IMG/VR virus record: IMGVR_UViG_3300009826_000001 | Coordinates: 1 to 64,000 of that record | Origin: a virus | Lineage: Duplodnaviria; Heunggongvirae; Uroviricota; Caudoviricetes | DNA length: 64,000 nucleotides | Reading direction: 5' to 3' (one strand) | Part shown: positions 33,499-44,100 of the stretch, piece by piece | How positions within the stretch are numbered: position 1 is the first letter of the stretch | Layout of the letters: each line of letters starts with the position of its first letter | Notes under the pieces: model-generated | Told to the model about the DNA's origin: nothing | Seen by the model: the letters and a program-made list of their open reading frames with translations, nothing else | Databases searched by the model: none | Position numbers and translations under genes: made by a program

Positions 33499-34158
33499 AT
33501 GACCAGCCTGTATCCCGACGCGGGGACGCTACCGCCTACCGGACAGGGCATCGTCTCTGAAGCACAAGAGATCGTTGCCCCGTTTCCTAAGGTCACCGGC
33601 GGTGTGCTGTGGGCGCCCCTGGGCAGTCCCATTCCCACCGACTCGGTGACCCCGCTGTCTTCCGATTACGTGAGCCTGGGCCGCGTGTCCGACGTCGGTG
33701 TGATCCGAAACGAGGACCGTCCGTCCACCGACCAGCACGACTGGGGTGGCGACCTGATCGCGATCCTGCAGCAGTCCTACAGCATGACGATCAAGTTCTC
33801 CCTGTTGCAGCTGATGAACGCCGACGTGCAGGGTGCGGCGCACGGCCACAATAACGTCACTGTGACAAATGCGACCGCCACCAGCGGTACCCAGATCGCC
33901 GTGAAGTACAACAGCCAGCTGCTCGACTACGGCCAGTGGGTCATCGACGCGTACTTCATCAACATGACCATGCGGCTGTTCATCCCGTATGGGCGCCTGA
34001 CCGTCATCGGTCCGATGACCTGGGTGCACAAGGCGCTGGCGATGGCCGAGCTGACGCTGCGACCGTTCCCTGACCTCAACAACAACATGGCCTATGAGTA
34101 TTGGGATGACGGTGTGTTGGCCACTGCCGCAGCGGGTTCCGGTACGTCGGGCACCTAA
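33499..34158 (+). CDS. major tail subunit
   Basis: strong AAGGAG RBS; 219 aa; immediately upstream of G/G-T chaperone pair. Confidence 0.6.
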   Translation: MTSLYPDAGTLPPTGQGIVSEAQEIVAPFPKVTGGVLWAPLGSPIPTDSVTPLSSDYVSLGRVSDVGVIRNEDRPSTDQHDWGGDLIAILQQSYSMTIKFSLLQLMNADVQGAAHGHNNVTVTNATATSGTQIAVKYNSQLLDYGQWVIDAYFINMTMRLFIPYGRLTVIGPMTWVHKALAMAELTLRPFPDLNNNMAYEYWDDGVLATAAAGSGTSGT

Positions 34159-34170
34159 CAGGAGGTTGAT

Positions 34171-34671
34171 TTGACCGTCATGGCGGACCGTAAAGCAACA
34201 CGCAAGGCCACGCCGCCACGGAAAGCGGCCGCGCGCAAGGCTCCAGCTAAGCGCGCGGCCAAAGCCGTGCCCATCGAGATTCCCGATCTCAACGGCCAGC
34301 GCCCCCCGGAGCCCTTCCCGCCTACGCCCGAATCCGGGCAGGCCGCACCCAAGCCCGCAGTGCCCGACCATCCCTACGGAAACGTCCCGGTCTATATCTT
34401 CCATCCCAAGGTGGTGCGGCCCGGCGACAGTATGGACCCCATCGTCTTCCCGGCGATCACCACGATCAACGCCGACGTCGAGTTCTTCTGGGAGCTCGAC
34501 GAGATGGACCCGATGCACCAGGCGTTCCGCTACATGAAGAAGGCCAACGTGCCGCGCGAAGTCCAGCGCCGGGTGGTGCGACTGCCGGAAACCGAGGCCG
34601 CGCGGTTCCTCAACGGATGGTTCAAGGGTGTGCTGCTGCCGGAGGGAGTTGAACCGCCGGGGGAATCCTGA
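34171..34671 (+). CDS. tail assembly chaperone (G)
   Basis: 166 aa; position before overlapping -1 frame ORF and tape measure. Confidence 0.7.
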   Translation: MTVMADRKATRKATPPRKAAARKAPAKRAAKAVPIEIPDLNGQRPPEPFPPTPESGQAAPKPAVPDHPYGNVPVYIFHPKVVRPGDSMDPIVFPAITTINADVEFFWELDEMDPMHQAFRYMKKANVPREVQRRVVRLPETEAARFLNGWFKGVLLPEGVEPPGES

Positions 34672-35144
34672 TGGTCGGTGCGGTGATCACGCGGCACTGG
34701 CCGGCCTTGGTGCGCGATGTCCTCGCGCTGGGCTACCGGCCAACCGACCTGTTCACCAAGCTGAGCTTCTCCGAAGTCGCCTGCATCATCATCGCCTCAC
34801 CTCCCAACAGCGCGGTGCGCCATTCCGTCGACAAGGGCTGGAGCCGCGAGGCGCACCTGCTGGCGAACATGGCCGAAGGTGAGGCCGGCATCGCCAAGAT
34901 CAAGGAGCCCTATCAACGGCCCGGCGTGACCGAACGCCAGTCCGACGACCCCACCCAGAACCCGTTCTTCACCGCCGATGCGCTGACCTGGGAGGAATTC
35001 GACCGGCGTGAGAAAGAACGCTACGACCCCAACCGTAAGCACGTGAAACGACCCGGTAGCAGTCATTCCCGGGCGCTGCAGAGCTCGGGCCCCCGCCCGG
35101 TTCCTAAGGTCAACGAACTGAAGTTCGGCAGGAACCGTAAATGA
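34171..35144 (+). CDS. tail assembly chaperone G-T product via programmed -1 frameshift near 34653-34669
   Basis: -1 frame open from 34653 through 35144; G-run CCGGGGGAA in the 17-nt overlap window; T ORF ends 3 nt into the TMP start. Confidence 0.5.
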
Positions 35145-38100
35145 CGGCTTTCGGCACCAACCTGTGGGTCACCGTCCTGCCCGCCCTGCAAGGGTTGCAG
35201 GAGCGGTTCCGTGAGGCCGGCCGACTGGCCGGCGTGGCGATGGGCTACGCCGCCGGCGAGCACGTCAGCAACGCGCTCATCCAGCACGCCTCGCGCGCCG
35301 GCCAGTCGGCTGGCGCAGCAGCGGCCACCGAGTTCGGCCAGAGCTTCGGCCAGGGCGTCACTGGCGGTCAGGCCATCGGCCAGATCCAGTCCGTGCTCAC
35401 CGACTCGTTCAAGGGCTTCGGCGGAAAGCTCGCCGCCGACTTCGTGGCCGACTTCAACAACGCGCTGCAGGGCAAGGGCCTCAACTTCGGCGACCTGATG
35501 AGGCCGATGGACCAGCTCGAGAACGCGATGCTGGGCCCGATCCAGCGCGTGACCGAGCACATCCCATTGATCGGCACAGCGCTACGCGAGGTCAAGGCAG
35601 ACTTCGACACCTTCCAGGCCGCCGGTATCGGCTGGCTCTCGTCGCTGACCGACATCGCCAACCGCTACCAGGAGATCGCGCGCACGATCGCCGGCCAGAC
35701 GGTGAACACCAGTGCCATCGAGCAATACACCGGGCTTGTGCGCGACATCATGGCCTCGGGCGCACTGGTGCGTGTCGAGGATCTGGGCACCGCAATTGGC
35801 CGGCTAGGCAACAACATTCGCGATCTGGACCCTACCCAGCTCGGCGAGCTTGCCAAGAACTTCGCCCAGGTCGAGGAAGTTGTCGGCAACATCGACGCCG
35901 AGAAGTTCGCCGGCGTGCTCTCGGCGTGGCAGGTGCCTGCGACGCAGGCCAACGAAACGCTGACCATGTTGGGCAACGTCGCCCGAGATAGCGGCCAGAA
36001 GATCAACGCCACCATGTCCGAGATGATCTCGGCCGGCCCCGCGCTGCGTGCGATGGGCTACGACTTCATGCAGACGGCGATGCTGTTCTCCGAAGCTGCC
36101 AAGTACGGTGACACCGCCCAGCGCGCGGTCTATGCGTTCACCCACGCTTACAAGCAGTTCATCGACCTCAACGTCGATCCCAAGGCCGGCATGAAGCAGG
36201 TCCTGGAAAACATCAAGGCGATGACGGAGTCCCCGGACCCGCAACTGGAACGTGCGGGTGTGCAACTCGCCGAGCAGGTGTTCGGCCAGCGCGCCGCGGC
36301 CACCCTCGTCGACATGCTCAAGAAGGGCATCCTCGACGCCGCCGATGCGATGCACGTGCCTGAGGCATTCAAGAAGGAAATGGGCGAGACGGTCGAGCAG
36401 ACGGCCACGCTGGGGCAGGAATGGGAGCGCGTCGGAGCGCAGATTCAGGCCGCGCTGCAACCGGTTGGCACCGCACTGGCGGGCTCGCTGGCGCAATCCA
36501 CCCGCGGCATCTCGGAGTGGCTGGCCGAGAACCAGGCCAAGATCCTGGGCTGGGGCGAGCAGATCACCCAGGTGGTCCTGAGCGGCGTCCAGCACATGAT
36601 GAGCTTCTTCGGCGAGGCGCTGCAGGCCGGGGCGACGTTCGTCAACGCCTTCAAGGAGATGGTTTACGTCGGCTTCGAGGCCATCCTGCAGCCGCTGCAC
36701 GGCTTCACTGAGCTGCTGGCCAAGGCCCATGTGCCGCATTTCAAGGAGATGGCCGATGACCTCGGCCTGATCCAGCAGAAGATGAACCAGATCCACGACT
36801 TCGACGCGGGCCGGTTCACCTACAACCTGGGCACCGGACTCAAGGAGGGTGCCGACCAGGCTGAGAACATCCGGCAGTCACTGGTCAGCTCCACCGCGCT
36901 GGCCCAGCAGGTGCTCCAGCTGCACGCCGCGTTACGGATGAACATCGGCGGCCAGATGCAGGAGGGCATCGAGCAGATCCGTGACGCGGCCGGCCATCTG
37001 ATACCGCCCACCCCGGACAACCTTGAGCTGCAGCTCAAGGGCAGTGCCGCCCAGCACGAGGCGGCAGTCAAGGCTTTCGAGAACGTCGGCGCCGGCATCG
37101 AATTCGACAAGGACGGCGTGCTAGGCGGCAAGATCCGCAGGGTTTTCGCGCTCGCCGGACACAAGGGCCTCGACGAAGCCCTCAAGGTGTTCAGGGGCGA
37201 GGTCGTCAACATCCCGGTGCAGGCCGTCGACGGTTCGGGGAACGTGATCGACGCCGATCACCCGCTGGTTGGCGGGGATGCGCTGGGCGGCGGCGACATC
37301 GACGTCACTGCGGTGGGCGGGCTGGCGCCGGTCGGCGCGGTGGACGCCAGCGGGATTCCCCGCCCGAGCGGCAGTGCTTTCGGCGGACAGCCGTTGCCGG
37401 CCGGCCAAGCCCCCGCGACACCGCCGGCACCTGCCGCCGACTCAGGTGAGCAGGGCCGCGCCGGGACACCGCCACCGCCGATGCCACCGGCCTTCGGCGT
37501 GCCCAGCACCTCCGGGCTGGTGTGGGGGGATGCCGGGCCGGTCCAGACCGGCACACTAGTCAGCTGGCATCCTGATTACGCCGGCGCGGGTGCCGCCGCC
37601 GGCGGCTTCGGTGTCAGTGAACCGCAACGGGTCCAGCTCGTCTCGATGATCTCCCAGCTGCCGCAGGCCCCGGCGACCGGCGCCGCACCCGACCCGGGTG
37701 CCTACCGCAACTACCTCATCTCCCAGGCGCAGGCCGCCGGCCTGAGCCCGGTTGAAATCGGCATGACGCTGGCCGTCGCCCAGCATGAAACACAGTGGCA
37801 GGAACCGGGATTCATGGGTTTCGGCCCGGAGGCCACTCGGCGTGGATACAACTACGACGCCGATCCCAAGGGCGCGATCGACCAGTTCATCCGGCAGTAC
37901 ACCACCCGCCTGGGACAGGCCCCGGGACTCAACCGCAACGATCCCGCCGCGGTCGCCGATTACATCTGGCACACCGTTCACGGTGCCGCCGACCCTCACT
38001 ACGGTGCCTCGCTGATGTCGACCTACCAGGGCATTGGCCCGACTAGCGGGCCGCTCTCCCCGCAGGCGACCCAGGCGCTGGACCACGCCAGCGACACGGT

Positions 38101-41100
38101 CAAGGGACTGTCTGCGCAGATGCCAGTCGGGTTCGCCGACGCCCGCAGCCTGGCCGACCAGCTCCGGGGCGTCGGTTACCAATGGGGCGGTGCCGGGGAC
38201 AAAGTCAACCAGTTCATGTATGACTGCTCGGGCCTGATCAGCGAGATGTACAAGACGCTGACCGGCCTGCCGGCAGGCCCGGAGGTCAAGGGCGGCCCAC
38301 AGGGCGGCCGGTTCACCACCCAGACCCTGATGGACCCAAAGCAGCTCGCCGCGCTGGGATTCGTGCCGGGCTACGACCCCACCTCGATGTTCAACATCGG
38401 CTTCAACGCGGCACACGTGGCGGGTTCGCTGGGCACCGAGGCGCAGGGCCAGCTCAACATCGAGTCCAATGCCCCGCCCGGCTACGTCCAGGTGGGCGCG
38501 GGCACCAAGGGCGCGCACGACCCGCAGTTCACCCAGTTCGCACACCTGCCCGACTGGATGGTCCGTGGTGCCGGCACGCCGACCGGAACCCCGCAGACCA
38601 TCTGGGGCACCGGCGCCGCCGGCACCCAGACGATTCCGCTGGAAGCGTGGCGAGGCTGGATCGCCGGCGGCAAGCATTACCCGCTGGGAGTCTCTCAAGC
38701 GTCCCCGCAGTTGCAGTATCTGGCCCAGATCATCTCGATGATCCCGCAGTTCAGCGCGCTGCAGGCGACTGCGCAGGGCGGTGGGCTGGAATTTACCGGC
38801 GAGGATGCCCAGCTTCGGGCATTGCACGCCGAGCTTCAAAAATCCGGCATCCCGATGACCGAGGTCCCTGGGGCGCTGGATGTCACGGTGCCCCAAGAGC
38901 ACATGCAGCGGTTGATCTACGACACGATCTCCCACTTCACGCCAGTCGGTCAGGAGGTCAGCTTCGGCGGTCCCGGCGGCGTCAACATCGAGCCGGTGCC
39001 GGCGGGGACAGCCGGAGCGCCACACGCGCCGGCCCCGCCGCATGACATGTCACAGGGCGACTGGGCGGCCCTGGGTGCCGAAACCCTGTTGGGTGGGTTG
39101 GCGGCACGGTTCATCGCGTGGCCGATGATCCGGCGCATCTTCGGGATGGCGCGCGGTCTGCGGGCCGGCGCGCGAGGGGTAACGGGGGGTGCCGGATTCG
39201 GCGGTGCCGCACGCGGTGCTGGCGGCGGCTACGCTGCCGCGTACTGGGCGATCAAGGCCGCAGAAGCTGCGCGCCAAGCACCGCGGGGCGGCTCGGAAGC
39301 TTTGCGCGCGGCAGGACTGGACGTTGACCCGATCAGCCAGCGGCTCTGGGAAAGCGGCCCCACGTTTTTCGAGCGCATCAGTGGGCTGGACAGACTGCGC
39401 AGCATCGCGTCGATGCAGCAGTTCCTCAACCAAGCAGACATGCTCGGCGAGGCGGGTTACCCCGAGGGGCTGCTGCCCCCGGATCTGGGTGCTACAGGTA
39501 TTCCCAGTCCGGCGTTAGTGCGCCGGGCGCACCGGATCGCTGCGGGCGAGTCCGCGCTGCGGCCCGGTTTCGGCGCATTGGAACTGGGAGCCGGGCCGCT
39601 CGGTGAGAGCTTCCGTGATCCGGTCACCGGACAGTTCCTGCCGTCAGCGACCTGGGCTGCCGGTCCCGGCGGGGAGTCGCCCTACCCGTTCGACCTGATG
39701 AGCAGCATGAGCCGGTTCCAGCCCGGCCAGATCGCCACCTGGACAGGCATGGCCCGGCCCACCTTCCTCGATGATCTGGCCGCTGCTCAGCGGCAATTCC
39801 TCCGGTTGGCTCAGCTGCCGGCCGAATCCAACTGGCTCACTCAACTCAACCTCGCTCAGCAGCCTTTCGGCGCGCCGACCTACGACCGTTACCGCGGCCT
39901 GATGAGCACCCTGAGCCAGGCCGCGCCCGGCGACATCCTAGGAGCCGTCCCGGAAGCGCAGCGGATGGCGGCCGATGCTGTCGCATTGGCCCGCAACATT
40001 GGGCTCACCTTCGGTGGGGCGCCGCGTTCGGTATCGGCCCGCGCCCAGGAACTACGCAGCCTGTTCGCGCGAGGACCGGCGGCAACGCCGATCACCGGGG
40101 CGCTCGCCGACATCCCCGCCGACATCATGCAACGGCTCACCGGCGGGGTAGCAGGATTGCCGCTGCTCACCACGCCCGAAGCCCCAGCCGAAGCCTTGAT
40201 CCGCAACATCCAGGCGATGGCGGGACAGGTCGAGCTCCGTCAGACGATGAACTGGCTCGCCGCCGAGGCGCAGGCCCTTTCTGGTGCCGGGCGCCAGTAT
40301 GTGATGCCCGGTGTCGCGATGCCGCAGGGTCTTTTCTTCCAGCAGGCGCAGGCGGCAGAAGCCGCGATCCGGGCCAGGATGGCGGCCGGCGAGCTTGGCG
40401 CAGGTGTGGAGTGGGGCATCGAACGCGGGCCGCTACCCGAGGTTGATCCGCGCATCTACCCGTTGCCACCCGGCGAGATTTATCCCAGTCTCGGTGAGGG
40501 ATACGACCCCACGTCGATAGCGACGGGGCAGCAGATCTATGGCCGCCCACTTCCGGGTGGCGGCATGAGCCGGGACTACTGGATCGAAGGTAGCGGGAAC
40601 TCCTGGCGGCTACACGACCTGCGCACCGGCGGCGAACCGCTCCAGCTCGGACAATACCGGACCCGCAAAGCTGCGACGGAGGGCTTGCGTCAGCATCTGA
40701 CCCAAGTGCGTCGAGCGCAGCAAGAACAGGCGATCGCCCGGGCGAACGAGGTAGCCCGGCGCGCTAGGTCGCTAACGGGCATGGGACCGGCGCTGCGGGA
40801 ATCCACGGCCGAGGTCACCGCACGAATCTCAGAAGCAGTGGCCCAGGCGGGATTCGGCAATATCCCCGAGGCTGCAATGGCCCGGGTGTCGCGTTTTGTC
40901 CAGGACCCCGCCGAGGCGCAGCTGCTCGCCCAGATGCTCGGCATCGAGCCTGGGAAGGTTGAGCCCATCTTCGGTCCCGAGCCACCGCCGACGCCAGCGG
41001 GGATGGTGGCCGAGGCCCAGGCCGCGCTCGAGGCCGGCGAGGCGATCACCCCCAAGGCCGGTGAGGCGACTATCTCGAAGGCCGAAGCCGGCCAGACTTG

Positions 41101-44100
41101 GCGTCGGTACCGTCCCCGCACCGCCGCCGGCGAAGGCAACTTCATCATCTCGGGCAAGCGCGGCCGCTATACCGTCCGTGACCTCACCGAGCGCGGTGCC
41201 GAACGCCAGGTCGGCGGAGAGTACCGCACCGTCACCGAGGCTCGCCAGGAGCTCGAAGCCGAGGTGGAACGGATACACCAGGCTGCGCTCGAGGAACTGC
41301 GGGCCGGCCTGGACGCCACCCGCGCCGTGCAACGCAGCCGCGACATCGCCGACGTGATGGGGATGCTTGAGACGGGGCCGGCGTTTGACACCGGCGGCTT
41401 CGCCGACATATTGCGCGGCCTGCAGCTCCCGGCACCGCCTGCGCCCATTTCCATTCCGTACCCCCAGTTCCCGACGCCGGCAGCTCCCGTCTCCATTCCC
41501 TATCCCCAGTTCCCCGCGCCGCGACCGACTCCCCTGTTGATGCCGCGCGTGCGGCCTACGCCACCGCCGGTATCCAGCGAGACGCTCGCCGGGCGCCCAA
41601 TCCTGGAAGCAGTGGGCCGGATGCCGCGCGCTTGGCCGAGCGAACTACCCGCAGGACCGCCCAGCCCGGCAATCGTGGCGAGTTATCTGGACTCTTTCCA
41701 GAAGTATTGGAACGACCTGAGCCCTATAGAGAAGTACGCGGTCTCGCAGGCTCACGCAATGGGCACCCTTCCGATGGAGGACCTGCTCGCACATGCGGGG
41801 TTCGAGAGTGCCGGCGGCTGGGACCCGGGAATGCTCAGCGCGCTCGAATCCGCCATCGCTCCCACCCTTACCACTTCCGTGCAGGACGTGATCGGAGCCC
41901 CAGCTGCCGCGGCGGCGGGGGCTCCCGCGCCAGCTGCCGCGGCAGCGGCACCTGGAACTTACGCCATCGGTCCCGGTGCCCTCGCGCCCGAAGTCCTCGC
42001 CACACCGCCACGGCCACCGGCCCCACTGGCGCCCCCCGGGCTGCTCAGTCGTCTTCTGACCGAGCGCCCCTCTGTCTCGTGGTTGCCAGCGCCGGTCCAG
42101 CGGGCGCTCGGCCAGCTCAGCGACCTCTACTCCCGGCTTCCCGCGCCGGTACGCACGGGCCTGCGGTGGGGAGGACGCGCGCTGGAAGTCGGCCAGGTCG
42201 CCGGAGCGGGCGTCGAGGCCGCGCACGGTGTCGCCGAGCAGGACACGACGGCAGAGAAGGTTGGTGCGCTGGCCCTTACGGCGGGTGGAACGGCTTTACT
42301 GGCTGCGGCCGCGCCAGAACTCGGTACCTTCGCGGCGGTGCTGGGCGCCGCCGCCGGTGCGGCACAGTTGGACGAGCTCGTTCAGCGACACGCGCCCGGA
42401 CTGGTCGCAGCGACCCAGGACTGGACTCCCGGTGCGATCGCCGACCGTCTGGGAGCAGGAACGCGACGGATTTTCGCCGGCGCTCTGCCGAGATTCTTCG
42501 GACCACCACCCACCGCTCCACCGCCAACGCAGCCGGTTGCACCCACCGGCCCACCGGCCGGTGGGCCACCACCGCCACCGCCGGGGCTGCCCAGCGTCCT
42601 CGGAGCAGGAGGGGGTACGCCGCCAACGGTGCACGTCGTGCCACCCCCCGGCGAGGAACACCGCTGGCGCGGCATTTATCCGGCTATCTCAGGCATGCTT
42701 CCCGGCGGAGCGGACTGGGAAGCGCAATATGGCGGTAAGTCGGGAATCGAGCAGGCCCTCACCGCCGAGCTCGGCTCCGGTGGCATGACGCTAGCCAAGG
42801 ATATTGTCGGCGGGATCAATAAGCTCGGCCCCACGATCGCTGACCTGATTGGTGCGGCAGGCAAGGGCATCGTCGATCTTGCGAGGCCGCCGAGCGAGGC
42901 CGAGCGGCGGGAGTGGGGTCCGGGCTCGGAGTTCGGCGCCCTAGGCAAGGCTCGCGACGAAGCGCCCGTCGCTGACGCCGTCTCCGATGCGGTTGGAGAT
43001 GTCTCCGACGCGGGCGTGGACATTGTGCATAGTGTCGGCGATGCCTTTCATAGCTTTTGGTTCGGTTCTCCGCCCGCGAGGCCGACACCTAAGGCACCCC
43101 CGGTCACACCCCCGACAAAACCCAGCGACACAGGTGGCGACGAGGACTGGGACTCGGAGGACTTCACCGGACCCGAGGGCGTGATCCAGCCCGTCGAGGC
43201 AGCCCCGAAATGGACTGTTACAGAGGGAGTCCCCCAGCCGCTCGCCCCGAAGGATCAACCGGATCAACCGGGCGACACCGGCGGCGGAGGCGGCGGCGGT
43301 GGTGGCGGTGGCACCACCGATAGCGGCGACTTCGATGAGGACGACGACTTCACCGGCCCCGAGGGTGTCATCCAGCCGGCCGAGGCCCCTGCGCCACAGG
43401 CCCCGGCTCAGGGCGGTGGCGGTCCACCGCCGCCCGAGCAACAGGCCGGTGGTCCGCCCCCATTGGAACAGCCCGGTGGCGCCCCCGGGACCACTCCTGG
43501 ACAGCCCCCTCCCACAACCTTCACCACCACCCCCGGCGGCAGCGGCTACGGAACTCCCGTCTTCGTCACGAACTGGCCCGGTGTGGGCGCCGGTACTGGC
43601 GCGGCGGGAGCTCCCCCACCGGCAGCCCCCGCGCCTGCTCCCGCGCCTGCTCCCGCGCCTGCGCCCGCACCCGGCGCCGAGGCGCCGCCAGTAGCCGCCG
43701 CAGCACCGGCCGCAGCACCGCCTACTGGCGCACCACCGGAGGGTGGTCCGGCGGCGCTGGCACCGTCACCGGGAGCTACGGCCGCGACGGGACCCATCCC
43801 GGCCGGAGCCAGCCCTGACCAGATGGCTTACGGAGGGCAGCCGTATGGCCCGCAGGGTCCGATCGACCTCAACTACTTCGACCCCTATTCCCGGTATCCC
43901 GCGATGCACCAGCGGGCCTACCGGACGTGGCTGCATGAGTACGAGCGGTGGCAGATCGAAGTCAGCACCCGGTCCCCGCAGATCGAGCTGCTGAATTCAG
44001 AGCTCGCCAGCGCGAAGTCGGCTTATGACATCGAGCAGCAGAAGTGGGGTGCCATCGTCGCCCGGGGCGAGGCCGAGCAGCGCCTAGGGCATGGGATAGA

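Noticed and set aside
35804-39043. Minus-strand ORFs inside the tape measure gene (35804..36796 330 aa; 37556..39043 495 aa) and 51533..53401 (622 aa) inside tail genes
   Set aside because: They are antisense to long, clearly coding plus-strand genes with conserved motifs, and have GC-rich artefactual composition.
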